Assembly: GCA_964057225.1 (NCBI GenBank)
Contig: OZ059899.1
Span: 6,944,001-7,008,000, forward strand
DNA length: 64,000 nt
DNA from: Auanema rhodensis
Taxonomy: Eukaryota; Animalia; Nematoda
Direction of reading: 5' to 3'
Shown: one piece after another, positions 41,201-53,600 of the stretch
How the letters are laid out: each line of letters begins with the position of its first letter
Numbering within the stretch: position 1 is the first letter of the stretch
Notes under the pieces: generated by a model
What the model was told of the DNA's origin: nothing
Database searches by the model: none
Seen by the model: the letters and a program-made list of their open reading frames with translations, nothing else
Made by a program: the position numbers and the translations under genes

Positions 41201-41353
41201 TGTCTTCAGTCAGGATAATTCTGATTTGCAAAGCTGTCAGTGATGTAAAAAAGTAATGATTCTAAGTGAATTAGAGCTAGCGGTAACACAGGACCGCAAC
41301 TCCTGTTGTATATCATTTTTGAGGCAGAATAAAAATTCTATTTAAATGATGAA
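41201..41353 (+). repeat. 153-bp direct repeat, copy 2 (candidate structured ncRNA)
   Basis: Matches 40183-40335 at an offset of 1018 bp. Confidence 0.95.
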
Positions 41354-41982
41354 GATCTTTTCAGGTTTCCTTTGGAATGCTGCAATTGTATTATTGTATG
41401 CTTCTGTCAAACATAAACCATGGTTTTACACTTGATTATTTACTTTATTAAAATAGTTAAAATTAATTTAATCTATATCTTGGCTACCATTAAACATCCC
41501 TGCATTTATATTATTCTTGGAAATGTTTGAGAGACCTATAGAAATTCTACAAAGGACGCAGCTCTTAAATAAAAGGTTTTGCACGCTGTTTACGCGTTGA
41601 CCCGCGTCACTCCATCTACTATAGGACGCTCACAAGCGAATTGATTTTCAAAATTTTTAAGTTTACTTCATATTTTACTTCAACTTCTATGTTAATGCTT
41701 AAAGATAACTAAACTTAAATCAATTACTTTATTCATGTTTTTTAAAAATTAATTTTCTTACTTTTTTTTTTCAAATATTTTTATTATTTTATTTTTAATG
41801 AATTTCTGCAATCTTACTTGTTCGGTTAGGGTGGCCTTCAATTTCTAAGAATATATTTTATATTTACTTATATTTAAAAAATTTTTTTTAGATCTTTATT
41901 TCATTTTTCTTAAAATTTGTCTGCTTTACTAAAATTTTATTTATCAAATTTTAATATATTATTGCAAAATTTTAGATTCAAA

Positions 41983-44900
41983 ATGAACGGAGATGTTAAA
42001 AAGGAAGAAACCGATTCATCTGTGCAGGACACTGAAGAATCTAAAACAGAAGTAAAACCAGAAGTAAAACCAGAAGTAGTTGAAGATGTAAGCTATTTCT
42101 ATATTTTTATTTTATTATTTAATTATTCAGAATGAGTCAACAAAAAATGAAATTGAGGAAGACGAAGGAGAGGAAGATGCTCTCGCTCCTGAAGTCGAGA
42201 AAAAAGAAATTAAACCACCTCCTCAGGTACCTCCTCTCAAATTATTATAAGAACTTGCCATGATATAGGTTGATGTCAAACAATTGCACAGTAATCCTGA
42301 TTTTGCTTCTATTTGTAGTTTTTTCAACAAATTCGGAGCTATGATAGGTATGCAAGTGTTTACAAAATTTATATAGTAATTTTACTAGGTTTCAAACCTA
42401 TGCCCTTTCCTAAGCTAGAACATATGCTGACTACGTTTGATGAAAAAGGGAGAAGTATGTTTAATATTTTTTAGTGCTTATGTAATTTATACTTCAGTTG
42501 GCAAAGAGTTAATTGATCTTCACCTCGCCCTAATGCGTCGGATTAGGATGACATCCGTACGATTTGAAACCTGGGAAAATTATTTGAAGAAATTTCTGGA
42601 GCTGAATGAAGTAACCCACTCTGAGCTTCTTCAACTTGAGAGGTTGTAATTTGAATTTTACAGAAGGCTTTATTTTTAAGTTTAGATATGGTTATGTTCA
42701 CTTACCCGTTTCAAGTAAAATACAGATTTTAAAAGCGTTATGTGATGCTCAATTTGATTTTAATCCTCGCCTTAAAGAAAACGTACTATTTATTTAGTTT
42801 TTATTTTATTATATAACTCTTCAAAATATAGATGATTGCTGCATGTAAAGCTGTTGATCTTCGACTTATTCCCGTTGGATTGGACAAAAATGGATTCTCT
42901 TATTGGTTCCAACAGGTAAATTTATTTTCTTTATTAGTTTTGACATTTTTTCGATTTATTAGGATGTAGAGTATAATATTCGTGTATATACTGAAGAACC
43001 TGATGATCTAAGTGGTGTTACTTGGACATTGGTGGTTAATTCTCCCGAGGATTTAATCAATTTAATAGCTCGATTGAAAAAGGAAGATTTGGGTTATGTA
43101 AAGAAAGAACCTACTAAAAAAGTTTGTGTTTTTTTTAACATTCTAGTAGTTAACATTTTATTTGAAGGAAAAGGAAAAGGAAGAAGCACGTAAAGCAGAA
43201 TGTGAGGATGGACTTATTCAAATGACGACCAAGAAGGGAACATTTTTGGATACATGTTATGATGATTGTACAATAAAGGTACTACATTATTGCTTATCAC
43301 CTTATCTATTTGTACTTTCCAGAAAATGCGTGAAAATTTGGGAAAACAAAAAGAAGAGAAGAAACAAAGAAAGGAAAAGAAAAGGCAAGAAAGTGAAAAT
43401 GAGGAGGAGGAGGAGGAAGAAGAGAAGCCCGAAGAAGAGCCTGAGGAGGACGTGAGATTCTGGTCCTTGGTTATCTTATTGATATTTCGTTTCAGCTTGA
43501 TCGTCGACTAATGCCTAGACGAAGTGCGGCCAGTAAAGCTGTCTCAAATATCAAAAAGTTTGCTTCAACACCACAGCGGAGAAGTCAGTTTTTTTTAATA
43601 ATATGATCCTCTGATTTTGAATGTTAAGGTAGTGGTCCACGCAAAAAGAAAGAAGTCGAAGATGAGCCGGAGGAAGAAGATTCAGAAAAAAAAGTGAGCC
43701 TGTTTAATACAAACACTCGAATAAGTTAAAGTTTAGTCTGAATCTGGATCAGGTTCTGAGGATGACGAAGACGGGGATGACTTCCAAACAGATGACGACG
43801 ATGATGATAATGAGGATGACGATGATGAGTTCAGACCTAAAAGTGAAAAGAAAAAGAAAGGGTTAGAATTTTTTTTACTATGATTTAGTTTATCTATTTA
43901 TTTTTAAAGAAAGAAGAGGCGAAGAAAGAAGAAAGTTGAAGTTGAAGAAGAGGATGATGATGATGATTCCGATGAAGAAGAGGTAATATTGAACCAAAAA
44001 AATTATTTATTATGTTAATTTTAATTTTAGGAACAAAAAGAAAGAAAAAAGGCTACTGGAGATTCTGCTTGTGGTCAATGCAAAAAAAGCTCTGATTGGG
44101 ATGTGGTATGAGATTCATTATTTTTTTTAAATTCTATAATTTTAATTTTGTAGCTCTTGTTATGTGATGTTTGTGATGATGCTTGGCATACATACTGTCT
44201 CAAGCCAATGCTTTGGTAAGCATATTATCTTATTGCATTTGATATTATTGGTTTCAGGTTCGTACCTGACGGCGATTGGTTCTGTCCTAAATGCGTACAT
44301 GGAATGCTCATCGAAAGATTAGAAGAAGTTGAGAAATGTCTTGATGGGCATTTAAAGAAAAAAATGGCTGAAGACAAGAAGTAAGTTTGTCATTTTTCAT
44401 AATAGTATGTAAAATACTGTTTGATACTGAATTAAGAAAATAAGCGCATTGAATACTGTCAATGTTTCTTTCGGTTAAAGAGACCTGTTACTTGTGTGAT
44501 ATGTACTTCTCCGCAACAAATAGAATAGCAAGGGGGAGGGGGTGGTGCTATTTAACTCTTATCTGAAGGGGGGTTGTTATCATATTCAGAACATCAATTC
44601 CATTGATTGGCCTTTTGCCATTTTAATTTCGAACTGTCTCGACGTCTGGTTTCTATTGCCCATTTCGTATTTTCTTTGAATTTTATGTTTTGAGCGTTTA
44701 TCGACAAGGACAGTCTGCGATATCACCATTCTTTTTTGCGCTCTCTTGAACTTTTTCCTTTCAAATTTGATTATAACGCTTAGTCATTCTGTATATAGAT
44801 TATTTCTGGTGCCAAAATTCTCACCAATTAATGATGAATAGTAATTTAAATAATATTACAAATGTTGATAATCTTGAAAGCACGGAGGGATTTTCTAATA

Positions 44901-47654
44901 ACGTTTCCGAAAACATTTTAAATAATCATGAGGACAGGTATAGGAAGGGAATTTCATAACAAGTGATCGTTTTTTACCGAAATATACTTGCAGGAAGAAG
45001 GCTGCCGCCGACAGGTTGAGACGTGAAATGGAGTATATTGGCGTTTCTTTGAATAATATTATTCCTACGACGGTATTTTGATTTGATTTTTTCTTGATTT
45101 TCATGACCACTGTTGTAGATGAAACAAGCCCCGCAATCGTCTAGTTCTTCTTCTGACGAAGATGATGGACAGCGGAAAAGTAAAAGAAAAGCTGTGAAGT
45201 ATGAATATTGCTTGAATATTGTTATTTCATTTTTCTATTTAGACGAATAGCACCGCGATCAAGATTTCAAATGGAAGTTATACAAACTATCGCAGAAGGT
45301 CGGTCCCGCCGCAGGACCAAACATGTAAGTGTTTAAAATTTTGTTATATTAATTATATGTGGTTTCAGGTTGATTATAACTTCTCTGAATACGATTCTAT
45401 GATTCATGAAGCATGCGTAGAACTTGGTGATTCTGCTCCAAAAGAAAATGAAGAAGGCCCAGCAGGTAATTTATACCGTTTTTTTGCCTAGATTATTTTT
45501 TTTTAGGTGTTGTCCGACCTACAGGTGGGGCTGGTAGAGGTAAAGATATGGCCAATATTTTGGAAGCTGAAAAAATAAGAAAAGGAAGTGCAGATGGTGA
45601 TGGTGATGGTGAAGAGGATGGTGAAGTAGAAAGGTATTTATTTATGCCTATATGCTGGTTTGAATTAAATATTTTTTTACAGACAAGTTGGGAAACCAGC
45701 CAGGTCACATGCGAAGCCTAAACGGAAACTTAACGATTTAGATATTGATAATCGTGAAGAAAGTGATTCTGAAGAATACCAAGCTAATGAGTGAGTCTTT
45801 CTATCGAGCAGCTTTTTAAGCGATACTTGTAGTTCTGAGGAAGAGATCGCCGATGAAGAGCAACTGTCTGGATCAGATTATGTGCCTTCTGATGAAAATC
45901 GTCGAACAAGAAGGTCAGGATTTAATTTAAATTTTTAAATTTTCTTATATTCTATTTTAGGAGTGGTCCAAGAGGTCCAGGGTTCCGTAACCTCGGCCCA
46001 ACCCAAAGTGATGAAGATTTTGTTGTGTCTGGATCAGAGGACAGCGATTTCGGATATAGAGGCAAAAAAAGAAAGATCGTTGAGAAAAAGAAAAAGAAGA
46101 AGAAGGGGCGATGGTTTGTTTGTTTGTTTGTTTATTATTATTATTATTGTATTGTTCAGGGATCCATCATCGGATTCTGAAGAGTCTGAAAATTATTCGG
46201 ATGATTCTGATTATGGCCCACGTAAGAAAAAACCCGTCCCCAAGCCACAACGTAAAGCCAAATATTCTTCATCTGAAGAAGATAACGAGGATGAAGAAGA
46301 GTTGGAAATGCCTTCTGACGACGACGAAGATGTTCCCCGCACTGAGACGGGAAGGTATCCACAATTTTAAATATTTGAAAACCATGAACATTATCATTTA
46401 AGGCCGATGAGAAAAGCTGTAGTTAAAGCGAAAGTCGTAAAAGATAGTGATGAAGAAGATGATTTGGACGAAGATGAAGAAGAAGGGGAGGAAGAAGAGG
46501 AATCGAAGAAAAAAGAAGAGAGACCTGTAGGTGCATTAGATCGCACTAATCGGAAGCGCCCTGTCGAAGAGTATGTTTTACTTTGATTATATTTTTATGT
46601 TCATTAATTTTCAGTAGTTCTGACGACGATTCTGAAGAAGACTTCAAACCCGAAAATGATGACGACGACGAAGAAGAGGAGGATGAGGAAGAAGAAGAAG
46701 AGGAAGAAAGAAAAAATGAATCAGAAAAACAAAAATCTAGGAAAACTAATGATGAAGACGATGACGATAATGATGAAGAAGATGATGTTGAGAAGAATAC
46801 ATCTTCTAAAACTCAAGTGAAAAAACGAAAACCAGAAGAGCCAACTAGCTCTAATTCAGGTTGTGTAATATATAATGGTTGAAAAATAATCATTTTGTTT
46901 TAGAACCTTTAACAAAAAAGTTACGAGAAGATATTCCTTCTTCAATCAAAAAAGAGGTATTATTCTACTGCTAGCAATGAAAAATTCATATAATGATTTA
47001 GATCGCACCAGCAGAGTCTTTTAGACCTGTACCGTCATCTCAACAATCTACCTCCTCATCAGTTCCTCCATCTGTTGTCAAACCTGTAGCTGTTGCTTCA
47101 AGTTCGGATATTGCCTCTCCTATTCCTAAAAAGGATGTTGAGCCTGTTGAAGCCAAACCTACTATTGCGTATGTTCTAGAAGAAGTTTTTAGTATTCATT
47201 GATTTTAACTTTAGGAAGCCTAAAGTTTTACCTCCCAAACCTGTGCCTCAAGGACCTCCAGGTTATGCGCCACCTCCCACGGGAGCATATCTGCATCCGT
47301 ATTATCAAGGTTTTTTTTTCTATGCATATTTTTACTTACATGTTGTTCAGGTCCTCCTCCTACTGCAATGCCTCCTTATGGACTACCCCCCGCGCCTTAC
47401 AATCCTTATGCTCCTCCTACTGGTCACTGGCAGCAACCACCTTTGAATCCGTACCCCCCTCCGCCAGCTACAGGACTGCCACACAATCCATATGCTCCTG
47501 TACATAATCCATACAGCCAGTCATCAACTCAGTAAGTGTTTTAAAAACAACAATTTTATGATTATACCTAAAAATTACTTCATTCTTATTCTATAAAATT
47601 GTGTTTAGGCCACCTCCAGGGGGAAGTAACCTCAATGATTTGCAATCTTTGTAA
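41983..47654 (+). CDS. RSF1: Remodeling and spacing factor 1-like (DDT/WHIM + PHD finger, acidic low-complexity tail)
   Basis: PDFASICSFFNKFG, KIQILKALCDAQFDFN, LRLIPVGLDKNGFSYWFQQD...IRVYTEEPDD, PHD finger CGQC...[52 protein letters not shown]. Long D/E/K tracts and a P/Y-rich end. Confidence 0.85.
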
Positions 47655-50600
47655 TTCTTCAGAAAGTATTCAAATTCGAAATCTCCCCGTGATAACTTTT
47701 AACTCTATTTTAATTTATATGGATACTCTTTTTTTATACGGTTATCTCAATTGCATATGTATCTTGTTATTTTGTAATTTTAATAGGTTGTATTTAACAT
47801 GTCAAACAAATTTGCGTAAACTACTCCGCTTGTATTGTACATAATGCCCTGTAATCAGGTTAATAAGAAAGCCCTACTCATAAATATGTTTTCAATTGTC
47901 TTAAAAAATATGAAAAAGTCCATAAATTCGTTTGAATTTATTGGGTTTTGCATTTGTTTACTGAGGGTTTTGCAAATCTTCTTAGTGAATATCTAATTTC
48001 TCATTTTCCTATCGCATATCAAGTTATTAACGTCTCCAGGCAGATTGGCGTTTTTTGGTGGTTAATGTAACAGGATATTCTTAGTTGAGAAGATTCATTG
48101 TTTCATATATTTTTGTTTGATTTCTCAGCGTTAATATACAGTATAATACTATGGAATTAATAGAAGGAGAATCTGTTTTTCAAATCTGCCATTTGGAGAA
48201 CGTGAAACAAATAAGCATTAAGTTTTTCTGGTTTCTGCGCAACAATCTATCAGGTCACATCACAGGAATGAGGCTCTTGCTCCGGCTGTTCTGAAATTCG
48301 ATAACACGATTATGAAGACGTGTTGTGCTGTAATCCTCTGACAATTTGACATCTGTCGTGATGACGAGCTGTCATTATAACATGATTTACTCGACAGGTA
48401 GACTGAAGGAATCTAATTATTGGACTCTTGCAAAATTGTGGAGGGTTGGCGGCATGCGTGATGCGTCTACCGTATACCTCCATATGGTATTGCGGGTTCC
48501 AAATACAGTAATACCTGTGTTTAGAATTTCTTATATTTGATTTCGAATATCTTGTTATTTTCATTTTTCTACATTATTTCGTAAAAAATAACTAAAATAA
48601 AGATTATTTGACAATGTGATATGTTTTGCATACTTGTCGATATTCTCCTGATTTTCTTAAGCCGACTGAATTCGAATAAAGTTCATTGAACCATTTTCTT
48701 AAATTAATTTATCACGATGTTTTAAGAATATCTTTGAGAGTAATAAGAATACTGAGTTTAAAATGTTTTTAAATAAATAAAAGACATGCATTATGATTTA
48801 AAGTTCTCATAAATTTTCTTTTGAACTTGAGTTTTATATTTTTTGATCGGAAACTTGAATTTGATTCTACCGTCTAAATGTGTTGATCTCTATAAATGAA
48901 TCAACCTCATTTCATTGCCATATACTTCAATTCTTTTGTCGCTCTCGCTGAAATTATAGTGAAAGTCTTTAAAGAAGTCAAAGAATTCATTTTAATTAGC
49001 TGTCTAGAAGACAATTTCTCCAATTGTTTCTATATTCTTTCATTGCCACTATATTGGCACAGCAGGATTTCCAAGGCTTTGCAACTGAGCTGTCGTAGTT
49101 GGCGTTGCTATCTTCATCTTTTCTGTTAAAGAGAAAACTGCCTTCAATCAACAAAATTGAGAATAGAAAATGGCTGATGATGTTTATTTAGATTTATGTC
49201 CTCTGATAAGTTAGCTTAACTGAAACAATAACTCTTGGGGAATTAAATAAAAGAAGATTTTCGAGTCAAAATATCAAAATGCTTTTTCTGGTGCTTTATT
49301 CCTCATAGTTTTTCATATTAAATTTCAATGATTGAACAATATTCTCAGTTTTGGATCTCACGATAGGAAACGGCAGCAGCAATTGTGAGCATCATCTTAT
49401 TTTCATTATTTAAAGTTTAATTTTTACAAATTTTATTTCATTTTCAATTATACATTTCAGGGCCATTTAAGTTATAAAGATTTACAAAGTTTAATTGATA
49501 GTAGAGAAAAAGAAAAAGTACAACTGAAATAGGATAAGTAATACGTTTAAACTACTTCCAACTTGATTTCTCTTTAATGCTTCTTTTCATCCTTTCTCTC
49601 ATTGAATGTCTTTAAGTTCATAGTACATAGTAATCTGAATACATGAACATGAAACTGCAGATTATCTAGAAACTCTATTAATCTGATAATTAGCCAGATA
49701 CAAATAAAACGATACGATGAGAGTGAGGGAAAACGAAAGCGAACACAAGTTCAAATTTAATAATCGTATTAGTTATGTGTAGATATGTGTTTATCGAAAT
49801 ATAGGCTATCATCAACCTGAAATCCCCTATTTCCTCATTTTCTAGCCCGATTTGAACCTTTTTCATTTATATCTACTTAATAGTAGAAACAGTCATCAAA
49901 TATCTGAATCAAAATAAATGATTCATCTTACTTTGTGATATATATTATTTAAACTTACTGTATTAAAAACCTTTTTTTTTATGAATTGGAAAGACAATTC
50001 ATCCTATCAACAAATAGACTTTATTCTTTACTTTTTATTTAATAAAACTATATTTCTTATATTAGTTATGAAAAACTTTTTTTACTAATCTTTTTGGACC
50101 GAAATTCTGAAATAAACGGAACCGTATTTTTGCTTTAAAATTGAAATTTCTCGTTCATGAATCAAAAACTTAATATAGAGTTTCAGATTAATTGATAGCG
50201 AAATCCTGACAACTTCGAAGACTCTCTGTTATATTTCATCAACCTTTTATGAAAATTAATTATTTCATATTATATCAAATTGAAGTCTTATCTTCAAACT
50301 GTATGTGACAACATGCTGTGAATTGTGATATTTCTCTGTCCTTTCAAGGCTATTCCGAAAGCTATGTATGTGTCAACATTTCATTTCCATTTTTTAAAAT
50401 TATTCTTCTCAATCATTAGTTAATGCTGAAACTTACTTAGTTTAGAAATAAACTTGTTTTTTCTCAGTCAAATGTTATTTTTGGTATTTAATCCCTTATT
50501 TCATAGATCAACTTAAATATTCTATTATACGATATATATATATATATATTATATATATATAGTATGTATATACAGGTCACCAAGTCTAATCGGCTTGTAA

Positions 50601-53600
50601 TATCTATGATTGTATGCTTTGTTTATCTAGTATCTCAACGTTTAAAAAGGATTATACTTCCTTTTATGTTCATTTACCGGAAGTGTTAGTCTTCTGGACT
50701 CCTACTGTGAAGTGATAGTTCTTAGTTAGAGCAAACATTTCAACAGTAGGATATAGTTATAAAGTAGCAGAAGATTACGCTGCTCGTGCAATTCCTAAAA
50801 GATACCGGAAATCCTTTGTATTTTCATATTTTTTGTTGCCGAAAAAGAGCCTTCATGATGCTGCTTGTCTATTAGGCTACTAGTTAGCTCTAACACATGG
50901 TTACATACTTAACCATAGTTCAGATTCAGAATCAACGCCTATCTAAGTGATTGTATCTGAAGGGTGGAGGAAGACCCTATAAGTTAAAATGTTTCAATAC
51001 TTACCATTTAATGTTTTATGAAATTTAATATGAATTTTAAAATTATACCAGATATTATAGAAGGAAGATCATTGTTCTTTTTTTATATCAAAAATGTTTA
51101 AGCTATAGTATCTGTATGAAATAATGATGTAAATAGTATTTAAAAGTGGGAATAGATAATATAAGCATAAATAAACTATATATCTATCTATATATATATA
51201 GATATATAGGTATATAATGGCTATGATTTCATACAAGATACTATTAAAGGTTATTAAAAAAAGGAAAAATTTTATAATCTCATTTGATCCAAATTTTTGA
51301 AATGACTAAAAATACACAAATTTTGCAACAACGATGATATTTTATTTCTATTTTTCTTTCTCGCTTTTCTCTCTCTCTCCATATAAAAAAATTCTTTTTC
51401 TCTCATAATACATCAGCAATAGTCTGTCTCTTGTTCTTTTTTTTTACCTTTTATCTATGTCTCTTTCTATATCAGTATATGATGTTAGTTGTTCAAATCT
51501 CGTTTTGTATAGTAATCTATTCTCATAATATCGTTTGTGCTAACATGAAATCAATCTACTATTAAATATGAGAAATGTCTGAAACAGTATATATCTCTAT
51601 ATATATATATTGATTACTCAATAATATAATGACGAATATAGTTAACAGAACATGCTTGATTAAACAATTTCAAAACTTCTCTATAGATGAAACATGAATA
51701 TAGTACATATATGATATAAAGTTTTCTAATTAATTTAATTTGCTGACAAGTTTGATAAATAAGAAATATCATCTTAATCCATCTATTACTTCTTTCATTC
51801 GGATGCTTCCTTTTGTGTTTGTATGATTTCGTTAGCTTTGAGATCTTTATGGATGATTATGCCACATTTCCTTAAGCTTTTTGGTCCAAGCAAATAATTC
51901 ACGATTGCATCTGGAATGTTTTGGTTGCCGCAAGCATTTGTGCGATCATATCTAAGCCAATTTAATACCATAGTCAATTTGAAACATATATATACCCATC
52001 AGTTTAAATATATATTCTATCAAATTAATATGATTTATATGTAATAATATTTAGTATAGGATTACTTTTATATATTTATTAAAATCTAAGATAAATTATA
52101 TTATTTAAATAATCTTCTGGTAAAATACATATGTATAGGTTTGGCCACACTAACAAGGTTATTTTTTGACAAAAAAAGGTTTATAAAATTAATGTGAAGG
52201 GATTTCTGTTGATCTAGTTTACGGATTTAACTTCAGATTGCTATTTTTATCGAACTTTGCGTCTTTTTCTAAGTCTATCTCTCCACCTATTAAGTAAAAC
52301 TAGCTGTTCTATGTGATCTATTCAGATTTCAGTTAAATGACATCAGTATCAAAATGGATGACAATGAGCAATGAGTGTTTTTCAGATGAACTTTCATACC
52401 TTTTTCATGAATGAAATTGAAAATTATTTATCCTTTCTATTATTTTTTTCAAAATTTCATTGATTTAATTGATTTATCTGTAATTTTAATATTGTTTTTC
52501 GGAATTTTTCGTGTTATATTAGAATTTAAACAAAATACGCTTAAAATAATATTTGGTATTATTTCTTATTCTTCCATATAACCTATTATCTTTTCTAAAT
52601 TGTTGGTCTTAGGTTTGACAGATGAGCACGATTTCAATTATTGTTTGAGGATAACAATATCTCAACAAGCATCAATGTAACGTGATTGAAAATTTACGAT
52701 AATTCTTAAAATTTTTGTTCTAATCTTAAGAATTTGCATGATTCTCAAGAATTAGATTGTAAAAACGTGATAATGTTTCTTCAAATGCTCCTGTTTGAGT
52801 TAGCTCAAATCATTACAAGAGATCCAAAAATTCTTTCATTTTACACTAAGTACCAATAATTTCATTTATTTTTCAAATAATTTTTTCTAAACGATTTTAA
52901 AACAATATATTCTTAAACTTCATTTCGAGTCTCCCTATTCTCTAGACCTCAAATCAGAGCAATTTTCCATATTTGGCCTCTTGTAGCTGTTCTGCTTCCT
53001 TCTCTGAATTTTAATAAAAGCAGTCTTCTTGCGTGCTAATGGCCTAATCTTCAACCCCTAAGTGCTAGTAATTAAATTTGTTACTCACATTTTATTGCGA
53101 TCCCTAGGTAAACATAGAAAATGAATGAATAAGAAGAAATTCGTTTGAATATAAATAGATGAATGTATAGATTGAGTCGTTATAGATGGTTAAATCTCAT
53201 TTTTCTTGTTATGCATCTGTTCTGTCTTGTAACCGCCATCACCATCTTAATGGATTACCATTTGACATCTGATGAGACGTTTGCTATCGCAATGTTTCAA
53301 TATTTTTCTTAATTTGTCTTTATCAGTCAGCTTAAATAAGCTTAAAAGTTTTATTTATTTCTATAACTTTTGATTAATTTGAAGTTTGTGGATACAGACT
53401 CCGAACGGTGGTGGGAATACGTACATAGCTATACTTTATTAAGTATATTGTAATAGTTAAACAGTACCACACTCTTTCCCTCCTATATTTTTATTTCATC
53501 AAAAAATGGTAGAGAGGTGCCAAATTTGACTTTCTAAGAAAATTCATCCTTTTTATTTAAAAATAAATTTGTTGACATAGTCATTTTGTCTTTGTTATGC

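Noticed and set aside
40183-41326. LTR/TRIM interpretation of the direct repeats (TG...CA ends)
   Set aside because: Homology continues 27 bp beyond the CA, and I see no target-site duplication, primer-binding site or polypurine tract.
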